Assembly (NCBI GenBank): GCA_016177405.1 | Contig: JACOVG010000021.1 | Location: 14,434-78,433 of the forward strand | Source of the DNA: Candidatus Omnitrophota bacterium | GTDB lineage: Bacteria > Omnitrophota > Gorgyraeia > 1-14-0-20-64-10 | Reading direction: 5' to 3' | Length of the DNA stretch: 64,000 nt | Shown: piece after piece, positions 40,949 through 52,900 of the stretch | Layout: every line of letters starts with the position of its first letter | Position numbering within the stretch: position 1 is the stretch's first letter | Position numbers and translations under genes: made by a program | The notes under the pieces: model-generated | Database searches by the model: none | What the model was told of the DNA's origin: nothing | What the model saw: the letters and a program-made list of their open reading frames with translations, nothing else

Positions 40949-43900
40949 GACTTTCCAGGTAGGTTTGAACTTCCTCCAGGCCGACCGCGATCCCGGAGAG
41001 GTTGTAGATCACGACTCCATGCCCCTCAAGAAATCTCAACAGCGCCTCGATATCCGCGACAACGGGCACGGTCTGAAGAATCACCCCGGGCAGCCCCGCG
41101 GGAAGATGCCGATTGAAATGCTCGGCCAGGGCCTGCTCGGCCAACGCCCTGTTCCCCCTGTGCCATTCCAGGGCCTCAACGGCATAGCGGGTGCTGGGAG
41201 TGCCGCTGGCTTCAAACAGCTCCTCAAGTGCCGCGGCTTCTTCGGCGGTCTTGGTCAGCACCGCCACCGGCGCGAGCTGGGCGATGAAGGGAGCCAGCCG
41301 CCAGCTCTGCGGGTTATCAAAAAGAAAGATTTTCGCTCTGGGACCTTCATTCACAACGCTAAAACCAAAGATTCCGTCGGAATCGAGAACGCCCAAGGCA
41401 GCCCTCTCCAGCGCGGTGAGCTGTCCCAGGCGCTTGGACAGCTCTTCCAATCCCGCCTCCCCTTTGCGTGAGGTTTCTTCCAGCTCTCGGGCCTTCTGCT
41501 TTAACTGGCCAACCAAAGCCCAGAGCTCCCCATTTTCCTTCTCCAACCCCCCAACCTTCTTTTTCAAATCTATCTTTTCGCCCTCCCAATCCCCGAGATC
41601 CGCCCACCTCTTCACTTGATGGTTAAACGCTTCTTCGAAGGCCGCTTGCGCTTCTAGATGCCCTCTCACATCGCTCTGGAGCTCTCCTATCTGGGTCTTG
41701 AGGGCGGCGGCCTCCTCCTGGTGGGCTCGCTGCCTCTTTCGAATCTCTTCCTTAATAGCCCTCCGGACTCCGGCAAGCTGGCCCTCCAGTTTGGCCACCT
41801 GCTCTTGATGCGCGTTACCCTCTTCTCGAGCTTCGTTCTGCAATTTCAAGACTTCTCTTTCCAGCTCTTCTTGAGCTTCCTTCGCTGAAAGCAACAGGCC
41901 CTCGCGCGCCTCCAGCGCCTCAACCAGCTCCGCGAATTCTACCTGCCACTCTCGCGTAGTCTCATCGGCTTGCCGGAGGGCTTCCTCACGGGCACGGGCA
42001 GCCTGCACAGCCCGCTCCATCTGCTCCCTTAATTCCTGCAATTCGGGCGCCCGGTCCACCGGCGCTGCCTCGGGCGCCGCAGTAACAGGCTCCACCTTCG
42101 GCGGAACCGGGCCCTCCCCTGGCAACAGAGCGGGCCATATCCCGGCTTCCTTGAGCTTGGCTTCAAGAAGAGATCTCTTCTCCTCATCCGGCTTCTCCGC
42201 CCAGCCTGCCGCCTGGTCCGCACGCAGATCTTTCAGAAGCCCGAAGGCCTGTTGACGCCTCTGGGGGTCATCGAGAAGATCTTGTGGAACGCCCCAGCGG
42301 CCAAGGGTCCACTTCTCCAAAACTTCTGAACCCTCCTCCAGCCCGGCACCAGACGCGGATCTCCGAATCTCATCCAGGACCTGGCGCATGGCGGGTATCT
42401 TATTCAGCTCATCCACCAAGTCCAGAAAGTTTGCAAAGAACGCTTTCGGATCGCTCTTTAACGCCTGCAAGATCTGATCCTTAGAAGGCAAGCCCGGATT
42501 CGCGTGAACCGCCGCCTCCAGGGCCTGCTCTAAGGTCACCGTTGAATGGACAGCGCCGGCAGGAGCGGCGCCGCGCGTGTCGGCAATGGCGTAGGCCAAG
42601 CCCTGCCAGGGGTCTATCGGCGTGAGGGGCTTGTTTTTTTGCAGCTCCGGGACAGTATGGTCTCTAAAACGAGCCACCACAGGCGCCACTTCGGTGTCCC
42701 ACGCCTCCAGGGCTTCCTTCAGCCGGACCATCCGCCGCAAGAGCTGTTGGGTTAAATGGAGTCTCAAAACGGGTTTGACCCCCGTGGCAACCTGCGCAGC
42801 CAATTGTTGGCGCTGGGCTCGATCCCTTTGGCTATCCCCCAGCTTCTCGATGGGTCCGTACTTTCCACCCATGAAGTCGTTCATGCTCTTATTGCCTGTG
42901 GAAGCTCGGAGCTGGGTGTTGACCCCGTCCAGATGTGTCCTTAGTTGATCTGCGGTCATTCCGATCAACTGATCAAAAGTCCCGCTCCCTTGGGCTGGCG
43001 GACCCAGAGATGGACCCATGGCCATGGGACGGGACAGCAGGCGAGCTGTTTCTCGCAGATCCTTTTCCAGCGCCTTGCGCCCCTCCGGGAGGAAATCCGG
43101 CTCCATCAGCAGGGCGTAGTTGCCCTCGGCGTTCGAGTCTCCCGGCTTCTCGTTGACCCATTCGAAGTTCAGATGGCTCAACGTCCAGCCGCTTAAGACG
43201 TTGGAGAGGTTGGAGACCCCGTGCGCCAGGGCGGGCCAGCGCATCTGGAGCGTGTCGAAGGCCTTCAGCCCCCAGAGGTTCTCCTGCAAATGGTAGGGGG
43301 TGCTCAAGAAGCTGTCTTTATAGCGGTTCCCCGCGTTATCGGAAATCACCGAGGCATCTCGGTCTACCGTCAGGGTGACCGCCTGGGCAGCCGGCCCTTG
43401 CCCTATCAGGACCGAAAACTTACTTCGACCGGGAACTTCAGCGACCCGCGCAATTCCTGTGACGGTTACCTCGTGCCTGTAACCGTCCAAGGTGACCAAG
43501 ACCCCCTCATGCGCCGACTGGTCGCCTGTAAAGATCGGCAGGTTGAACATCCGCTGGTTGGCGTCTCTCAAGGCCTCACCCAGGCCAAACTCCGCCGCGC
43601 GAGAAAGGGCCGAATCCAACTGTTTGAGTTCGGCCGAAAGGTGCTGCATCTCCTGCTGGAAGATGGCCGCCGCCGGAGGAAGCGGGCCGCCGGGTGGGTT
43701 GGCCCCCCGCCGCCTGCGGAACCTTTGCCCTGTGACGAGCTCGTACCATATCTCCAGCGGGCCTCCTGTTATTCCCCGGAACTCCTCGACCCCCTCGTAG
43801 CCGCCCAGGGTATCCTCGGCCTTCAGGAGCTGTTCCAGGATGGCGTAAGCACGCCGCCAGGCCAGCACATTGAAGGCCGAGATCGGCGCCAGGTCAGGCG

Positions 43901-46900
43901 GAACCTCAAGTATCCGGATGGCCTGCAGGATGGTAAGGGGCGGCGCATCCGGCGGAATGACTCCGCCTCTCCACCACAAGGGAACCTTGGTGAAATAGCC
44001 CGTGCCTTCCGCCAAGGGAAGACCCAGCTTGAGCTGCCAGGTGGAAGAGTCCCAGAATCCGGCGAACTGGTTGGGCGTTCTGCCGAAGAGCCGCGCCAAG
44101 ATCCGGATGTCCCGGCTGTAAGGAGGCCCAGAGGCGCGCAGAAGCCGGAAGAGCCCCGCGATCACCGCGCCCAGCCCCACCGAGATGGTAAGCGCGAACC
44201 CAAGACCCAGCGCCGGGAAACCGAAGGGAATGAGGACGAAACCGATGAAGGCCGCGAGCCAACCCATCAAGATCGGCTGGCGGCTTCCGGTCATCCAGAG
44301 GGAAGGCAGGAAAAGGTTTGCCTTGGCGGCGATCAGCCCGGAGACGATGCCAAAGAGAATCGAACCCGCCAGCCAAAAGCTGGGAGCCAGGAAAAGAATG
44401 CCCAAAGACGCCGCGAGGCCGGCGTAACCCGCAAAAACTCGCCGGGGAGTTCGGGAAAGGGGGTCGGCGGCAGCCAAAAGATAGACCAAGGCACCCACCA
44501 TGCCAACGCCGACAGAAGCGGCCAGGATGAGCCCCATGGCTCCCAAAACCCCGCCAAGGGCAGGCAGGGTCGGCCAAATGGCCGGGGCAAGCCCAAGAAA
44601 TTTCGCCAGCCCCAGAAGGGTAACTCCGGAAAGCACCCCTACCGCCAAGCCCCTGGGGGCCCGGCGATAGCCAGAGAACAATCCACCACCGGAGGCCGGG
44701 GGCCAAGCGGTAAGGAAAGCCGTGGCGACACCGGCTATGGCGCCTGCCGCCAGGCCTCCGCCGGCTCCAAGGAAAAGCGCCGCCAGACCTCCAACCATCA
44801 GTCCTGTCAGAGCCCCGGTGACGGCCCTGTGGCCCGGGTCCCGAACGTCGTAGAGGTGCAGACGGCCCTGTCTGAATTCGTCAGAGAAATGCTGGGTATC
44901 CGGCATGGCCGCCTGCGCTTGAGGAACGGTTTGGCCGGTCTCCTGCGCCCACTGCCGGACAAAGTTGGTGTCGCCCACTCGATGGTGGAGCCCCGCTAGA
45001 ATGTCTCCCCACCGCGCCCCGGTGTTGGCCCGCGTGTCTCTTAGCATCGCCATGAGGGTCCCGGAATCCTGGTGAAGGGGGGAGAGAGATCGCAGATAGA
45101 GCTCGAAGGGAATCTCGGGCTCTCCTTTTTGGTGCCTTTGATTCATCTCGTCCGCGTATTCATTGACCACAATTTCGCCCAGACCGCCCGCGCTTAATCC
45201 CAGCAGTTCATCAATAACCCCGCCCAGAGTCACCGGCTCGGGCTCCCGCCCGTAGCGCTTGACCCTGAACCCCCATGCCTTGGGGCGTTCCACGGCGATC
45301 TGGAGCAGCCGGAAATAGGGCCAGGCCGGATCGGCCGTATCGGTGCCGTGGGTCAACTCGAGTTGCGAAGAAATCTCTTCGCTGACATGGGTGTGCAGGA
45401 AGACATTGGCGAAGGGGTGGTGCTTCAATCCCACCAGAAGGCCGCGGGCCGCCTGTTCGGCCGCGGTGATGGCTTGTGGATTGCCTCGGATATTCGCTCG
45501 AGTCAAGCCGGCCGGAACCGGTTCCTTGGCCTCGTCGGCCTCCCTGGTGTTCAGGGCCTTGCCCTGGCCCTGCAATCTGAAGAAGGAAGCGGCAGTCACC
45601 GCCTCTCGAAGGATTGCCCGAACCACCCTCGTCCCCCACCAGCGCGAGAGGCGGTCCTCGGCCGGCAATTGAGAGGAGGAGGTGTCATGCCCTCTCCTGT
45701 TCTCCGGCGAGTCGGCCAGAAGCTCCAGATGGAGGGCGGCGCGGTCGCCGGCCATCCCCCGGTAAGACTCGAGCGTAACGTCCAAGTGCCTCTTGACGCT
45801 GACGTGGGTCTCTCCTGGAAACTCATACTGCTCCTCGTTGGGACCGGGCCAGGCCAACCGGAGAGGCTCCTCAAGCCCTGTTCTGTGGAGGGCGAGGCGG
45901 CCGCTGTCCATGTACTGCCAGCCCCGCAGAGCGGCCAGCTTCATCCCCTTGCTCAAGCTCTCCGGATCGTCCCGCATGATAAACCGGTAGTCGGTTCGCG
46001 ACGGCAAGAGCTGAACGACCGTCCTTAGCCCATCCCCTTGAACTTTCTCGCCCTTTTCATTTACATGGTAAGTGTCCACCTTGTAAGGAAGGGAAAGACC
46101 TGGGGTAGACCACCCTTCCAAGTAGGTGATAAAGCGCCCGTCCGACCCCGCAAAACCCGGAGAGACATCGGTGTTGAGCTGGCGAATCAATCCTCCATCT
46201 CGCGCGGGATCCACGGGCCGAATCCCGATGATGGGCGGGCTCTGCCCCATGCCGGTCCACTTCTCGAGGTAAGGGTCCTCCATGAGCCGCCAGAGTCCGG
46301 AGGCGACCGCGTTCCTCTCCGTGCTTAGCATGAGCCGCTCGGCCAAATCGGTAAACTCCTCTGTCTTGTAAAACTTCTCGTGGACCAGCTCGGCCAGCGG
46401 AAACATGAGGCGATACCCCGCCCACTCCCGCAGCTTGGTGAGGATATCCCCTGTGTACCAGCGCCCTTTCTGGTCCAAGGCGTTGACCCATTCTGTCTCC
46501 GGCTCGGAAAGGGTCATGACCGCTCCGGAGGAGTCGCGCACCAGGAAGAGAACGTCGGTCAAGCCGTGGAGTTTGGAGGGAAGGGTGTCCAGAATCGTTC
46601 GAAGAAATTTCTTTTTGAATGGCTCCTTTTCCTCCGCCTTTGGCTTATTGAGGATCCCGGTGAGCCGGGATTCTGCGGACTCATGATTAAAAACGGTCCA
46701 ATGGCCGCTTCTCATCCAAAAGCTCAGCAATTCCTTGGCGATGCTGTTGGCGGGGTTGGCTGGATCCAAGAGGGCTCTTTGTAAATCGCTCGCCCTAACA
46801 TTTGGAGCATAGGCTTTGGCTTGAGGACTTAAGGTGTCAGAAATTCTTCTGTCTTCCGTCAGCCACGTTAAAAATCTTTTCGCATATTCATGATCTGGAT

Positions 46901-49900
46901 GCGAGGAGTCCCCCAAAACACTGATAAAACCATTGATATTCCGTATAGCCCCCGAGACAAAACCCCATCGGTGGACAACCGACAAGATGCCCCTCGGAAG
47001 ACCCCAGACCCAGACCGCTAGGGCAGGAAGGAGGTGGACCCCAAGAAGCGTCCCGCCGATGATGGCAAGGGCGTGAGCGCCCACAAAGCCCGCCACCACC
47101 TGCGGCAAGAAAAACAGAGCCGCCGCGAATGCCGGAAAGATGAGCCAGCGAAGGTTGAGGAGGCGGCCGGCATCCTGATCCTCCCAGGCCCAGAGGATGT
47201 TGAAGACAAAAGCGGCCAAGCCGGCCACTCCAAGAATTGTCGCCCCAAAGGTCGGCCAGGCGATAAAGACGGTCAATAAAGCGGCCAAAAGCCCCGCTCC
47301 CAAAGCCAGGGGGTGCTCCACATTGGGCCTCTCCCCGACGAAGTCCATGAAGCGGCGCATCATCATGGAGAGGGTGTAGCCGCCCACCTGCCAGAGGACG
47401 ACGAGCGGCACCAGAAGGTCGTACTTGGCCCAGTGGAATTTCTGGGAGAAGCTCTTCAAGGTTCCATCCCTGTCCTCTCCGCCGAAAGCCGCCATGGGGA
47501 GAACCCCCAGGAAATATGGAATCGCGCGCAGGGCAAGCTCCACAGAACTCACCAGGTAAAAGAGGGCCATGAGGGTAAGCCGCCCGCCCAAGATCAGCCC
47601 CGCTCCCGCGATGATCCAAGGAGAGGCGTGAGCCACGACAAGCGCCGGCACGACCCACTTCAGGTAGGGGACAAGAAGAGCCCCCCAGGGCAGCCAGTTT
47701 CTAAGCATGAGCCCTGGGCCCCATTTCTCCTTCCGCATGGCTGGGCGGTCTCGCTTCTCCAGGCGCCAGCGGACCAGCCACAGGATTCCACGTTTTACCG
47801 AGGAGCGGTATTTATCGTTTTCGGGCTTATAGGCCCCCTGAACCACGGTCCAGGGCCGCCAATCCAGGTGGATGGGGGGCGCGGTGACGCCTTTTTTGAT
47901 CCATTCCTCCACCGGGCCGTACATCTCGGCCATCAGGTCCTGGTTGATCCAGAGGCCCTGCCGGCGCTCCGGGGTCAGCCGCTTGGCCGATTCCACATAG
48001 AGCCGGGCGAAGAGCTCCTCGATATTGCCCACCTGAAGGAAATGGTGATCCACCGAGATCCGCCGGGTGGCCGGGTTGACCCGGATCATCGCCGCCCCGA
48101 GCAGGCGCCGAAGGTATTTGACCTTTCGCATGAGATCCGCCGTCACTTCAGGCGGCAGGGCCATCTGAACATCCATCCATCCCGACGCGGGAATAGGGCC
48201 ATTCTGAAGAGCGGCTACCTGGGCGGCCGGATCGACCGCTTTTATGGCTTCCGCCACCGCCTGCCGCCAGGCGTCGTTGACGTATCCTCCGCCCAGCGGC
48301 ACTTGTGCCGCCATCCGGCCCGGCGCCGCGGGGGTCAAGGCCCGGCCCACCGACTCTTGAGCGAAGGTGCCAAGCTCCGCCAGATCATCCGGTAGAGGAA
48401 GCTTGTCGGGAGGCGGCACATTGCTGGACTGCATCGTTGCGCTTCGCTTGGCGAATCCCCAAGTGGGAAGGTTAAAGACGGTGCCGGCCTCCACCAGTCC
48501 CCGGAAGCGCTCCACGCGGCCGCCACTTCGGGCAACCTCCTTCTGCCGGATCCCATACACCTTCGCCGCGACAAGGTTTTCGATCTTGACCGGAGCGGCC
48601 TCCTCCAGGCCGGTCAGGTGGGGGTCTCCTGTGCTGGCCGAGGGCACTTGCCGGAAGGAAACGGCGCCCGGGGTCCGGGGCGGAGGACGAGAGCGCCAAT
48701 GGGCCGCGGCGTAGACCAAACTTGCCAAGGCCCATCTGACCGACAGCCACGCCAGCCAGAGGGCGCCGCTGCCCAAGAGGAAAATCCAGCCGCGGATCAT
48801 AGCGCCGCGGTAACTGTCCCGCGGTTTCTCCGGGGCCAGCTCCAGGGGCTCTCCCGGTTTCTTTTCCTTCCGCGCCTGCTCCTCCACCGACCGCTCGAGG
48901 GCCGCGCGAAACTCCTTCTTGCTCTTGGGAACCAGGGTAAGGCTCGCCTTGCCATCCGCAGCGGTCTGCTCGACCACCCTCGCCCAAAGGCCGAACCGAT
49001 CCTCCAGGAGCTCTTTCATCTGCCGGGAATCCGGCTTCCCCGCGGCGCCGCCCAGCGCTTCCCTCCAACCGTTCCAATAGCCCAGCTCTTTCCGAAAGAT
49101 CTCAAGCTCTTCTTCGATCTGGTCTCTTGGGAAGCTGTCGGCCGGTTTGGCCTCCGGGCTGACCACCTCCACAATCCCCTGCGTCCTGGAAAGGAGGCGT
49201 TCCGGCGTGACGAAACTGCTCACCCGGCCGCGGATTCCCTCCAGGTCCCAGCGAAGCGCCGCGGCGGACCAGCTTAGCCTGCCCCGGGGGAAATCCTTGA
49301 GCCACAAAACAATCCGCCGGGGATGCCCCTTCTTAAGATCGACCACCGCCTCCCACTCGTACCGCCTGCCGGTCGAGTGGTGATAGGCCGTCAGAACAAT
49401 CCGGTAGAGGGTTTCTTCCGCGCTGCCGTGGTGGGTCAACTGAAGCGCCACCGGAACGGCCTCGCCCTCGACCGCGTCCTGGTGGGAGGGTGCCGCCCCT
49501 TGCACCCTGGCGAATCCCCAGCCGGCATGGACCATCGGCAAGCTGGGCATATTCCCCACAAAGACCTCCTCGAACCCTTCCAGATCGGTGACAAAACGGG
49601 GTTTCTGCGGGCTGTCGGCGATCCGGGCCAATTCCTCTTCCCAGGCCCGCGCCAACGCCTTGGCTTTTTCATGATCGTCGTTCTGGGGATCGCGGAGGGC
49701 GTCGCTGAAATCACCGAAGCTCCGATGCCCGTTCAACAAGGAACCGGCGTAGGCCTTCACCAGGGCGGGACTGGCGGCGCCCTGTCTCAACAAGGCTTCG
49801 TCGGTGGGAACCATCAGCCGCTCAAAGAGATCTTCCTGGACCTGCTCATCGCCGCCAACCGTCGGAAGCGGCTCCAACTGGGCGACTGTTTCAGAAAGCC

Positions 49901-52900
49901 TGCCGCCGCCGATGATGACCGCCTTCTTCCAGCGATGTCCGAAGGCCTTCTCCCGTGGTTCCTTCATGTCCGCCAGATCCTGAAGTTTCTTGACCGCCGC
50001 GGCAGGATCGGTCAAGGAGACCTCGGCGGCCTGGAGACTTTCCTTGCTGGACGCCATGGAATCCCCCGCGAAGATCAGGGGGGTGTTCAGCTCGCCCACC
50101 ACCACCCGTTCCAGCTCCTCGCGGGCCTCTTTCCCGGCGCCAGTGATCAGAATCCCTTTCGCGCCGAAGCCGTTCTCCTGGTTCAGAAGCAGAAGGACCC
50201 GCAGGGCCGCCGGCAGGGTATCCTGGCGCCTGCCCTTGAGGCGCTCCGCGCTCTCGCGCTGTTGGGCCAACTTGGAAATCTTCAATTGAGAGAGGATTCC
50301 CGCGTCCAGCTCAAAGTAAACATCAAAACCCTCCTCCAGGGCGCGGCCAATCACCTGGCCGGCCTTTTCCATGCCGCCCAAGAGAGCCCCTCCGGGGCGG
50401 GCGGTCTTCTCGGCCCTCTGGGCCAGGGCCTGAAAAAGCTCCCCCTCCAGAGCCGGAATCCTCAAGGAGATCGAGGTCACCCCGCTCGCCCGCAGGTACT
50501 TGAGGGCGTACGTGAAGGCATCCGGATCGTCCGCCTCCTGAAGCTCCATCCGCGCCACCGTCTCCATCCGGCCGGACGCCGCCAAGCCGATCCTGTTCTG
50601 ACGCAGCACGCGCAAGGCCGCCGCCTCCTCCAGCCGCCCCTCGGCAAGCAGTCTCCCTTCCTTCTCTCCCGGCAGTCCCTGAAGGATCTTCCCGAATCTT
50701 TGCCGCGCCTCTCGGACAAGGTAAGGCCAGTATTGGGACACGACAGAGAGATCCGTGCCGGGACCCACCGATTCCTCCACATATCCCTCCGGGCCAAAGA
50801 GGCGGATGTTATAAAAGTTCACCCCCTGCACCAATTGTGGAAACGGTATCTCCACAGCCCCCTCTTTCTCCCCCGGCGGCATGTTGACCTGCCCCCATTC
50901 CTCCGGCTGAACCTTCTCACCGGAACCGCCGTAGCCCTTGCCGAATCGGACCGCCACGGCCGCGTTGCCGCCGCGGCTCTGGCGCCACGCCTTCAGCCAC
51001 CAGGGATCGTTGGGGTCTTCCACATAATCCCGCTCGACGGTCACGCGAAGAGAAAGCTTCTCGTCTACCGTGGGAACGTGGAGGTCGGCGCTGGTTCCCA
51101 GGACATTGGTCGTTAGAACCTCGGTCTTGCCGTCCTTCGCGCGGAGGATCTCCACCTTCTTCACCCGGAGGGCTCCTGGCGAGGAGAGAGTACTTTGGAG
51201 CTGGCGGATGGGCTTCAGCCAAATCCCCTCTTGCGCCGCCGGCCAGGCATCCAGCTCAAACCGGAACTTCCCTTCGGCCGTGTTGACAATCATCCTCATC
51301 AGGCGATGGGGAACAGCCCCGCCCACCGTTCCGGCCGCCTGCCCTTGGGCGAGACTCCTTCCGAAATCCCAGAACTTATCCCAGAAAGTCCTTGGCCTTG
51401 GCTTCTCAACCCGCTCCCAAAGACTGGACTCTTGGCTGTCGCCAATCATGAAATAGACAAAATCGGAGAAGTGGCCGGCCTGTTCGGAAAACTCCGGCGT
51501 CAAGGCCCATCCCTCCGGGCCGGCGATCACCCTCCGGCCAGGCATCCCCAGGGCCAGGAGGGCGCCGGTGCCGGTGATGTTCACCACAACACTGGGCGCC
51601 TGACTTTCTTCAACCACCTCCTTGAGCCTGGCCTCTGTTCCGGCAGGGTCCTTGGCAAATTCATCTTGCAGGGTAGCCGTGCGCTCTTGGAGGGCCGGCA
51701 TGAGATTCACCGCCAGCGCCATTCTCTCTTTCGGCACCCCGGGAAGCTGCACCTTCCCGAGGGAGGCGCCCATTTGATCCAGATCCGCCGCCGCCATGAC
51801 CACCGGAACGATTCGCCGATCCATCTCCTTCACGCCGCGCTCCTCCAGAACCTCGGAAAGAATCCGGCCAAAGGGATCCAGCTCGGCCGAGGGAATAAAG
51901 GTATGAAGCTTGAACTCCCAGGGAAACTGCAGGCGCTTGAGGGCCTCCAGGTGCCACTCGTACCAGCGCCAGGCCAAGCTCTTCAAAAGCTCCGGGTTTT
52001 TCGGCTGCCCATTCGCGTCGGCGGCCGAGGCCTCCTTCCACTCCGGCGTGGTCCAGATCCGGTTTCTCACGTAGGCCTGATCCCAGTCGAAATCGGGGTA
52101 GGCGAGGTAGGCCTCGACGTAATGGAGAAGAGCGCTGTCTCGTCCGGAGGGATGAACGCAGTCGGCCACATCCACCAAGGGGGAAACCTTGGCTCCCTTG
52201 GCGCGCGCGGTGTGAATATCCCGGACAAAGACCTCGTGGATCGCCCTCTTGTTCGGATAGGCCTCGAACCCTTTAAAATCGACGGCGGCCTCGGTTGCCA
52301 GCAGGACCCTTCCCTCAACCGCACCCACACCCTGGAAGATTCTCTCCTTGACTGCCTGACCGGCCAGATCCAGTCGAGCGTAATCCCAGATGGGCACCAC
52401 CAGTTTCCCTCTAGGGGCAACCTGGGGCGCCTCCCAGGTTTCCGCGGAATCCGCTCCTCCGGGCGCCCAGGCCCAGACGCGCGCCAGGTTTCCCATTATC
52501 TCGGAATTCACAGAGGGCCTGAACATGGTCCGGGGGACAATCCCCCGGCTGCGCTCTGGAAGGGTGCCCGCGAGGGCCGTCTCCCTGCCTTCCTCTGGCT
52601 GTTTGAAGATGATCTCCGCGTTCAGAACATCCGGATCCGGCTCTCCCTCCTCGAAAGAATCCAGAGCGAAGAACCTTATCGGCAGTTGATCCGGCGAGAA
52701 GGGATATTTGACTTCACCCTTGGTCACAATGGGATCCCCAGGCCCGGCCTGTCTCAAATAAATTGGGAACAGCCCTGGAACGAGAACTCCGGATTCGGGC
52801 GCGGCCTGATCCGACGGCTGTCCCTGAACCGGTTCGGCCGCGGCCCCATGGGAAAAACCGAGGAAGGCCGCCAGCCCCACCGCCGCCAGAGAAGCCCATT

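Noticed and set aside
41700-42500. Coiled-coil segment of giant 3 as an SMC or chemoreceptor domain
   Set aside because: No Walker motifs and no methyl-accepting signature were found. It is treated as a generic coiled coil.
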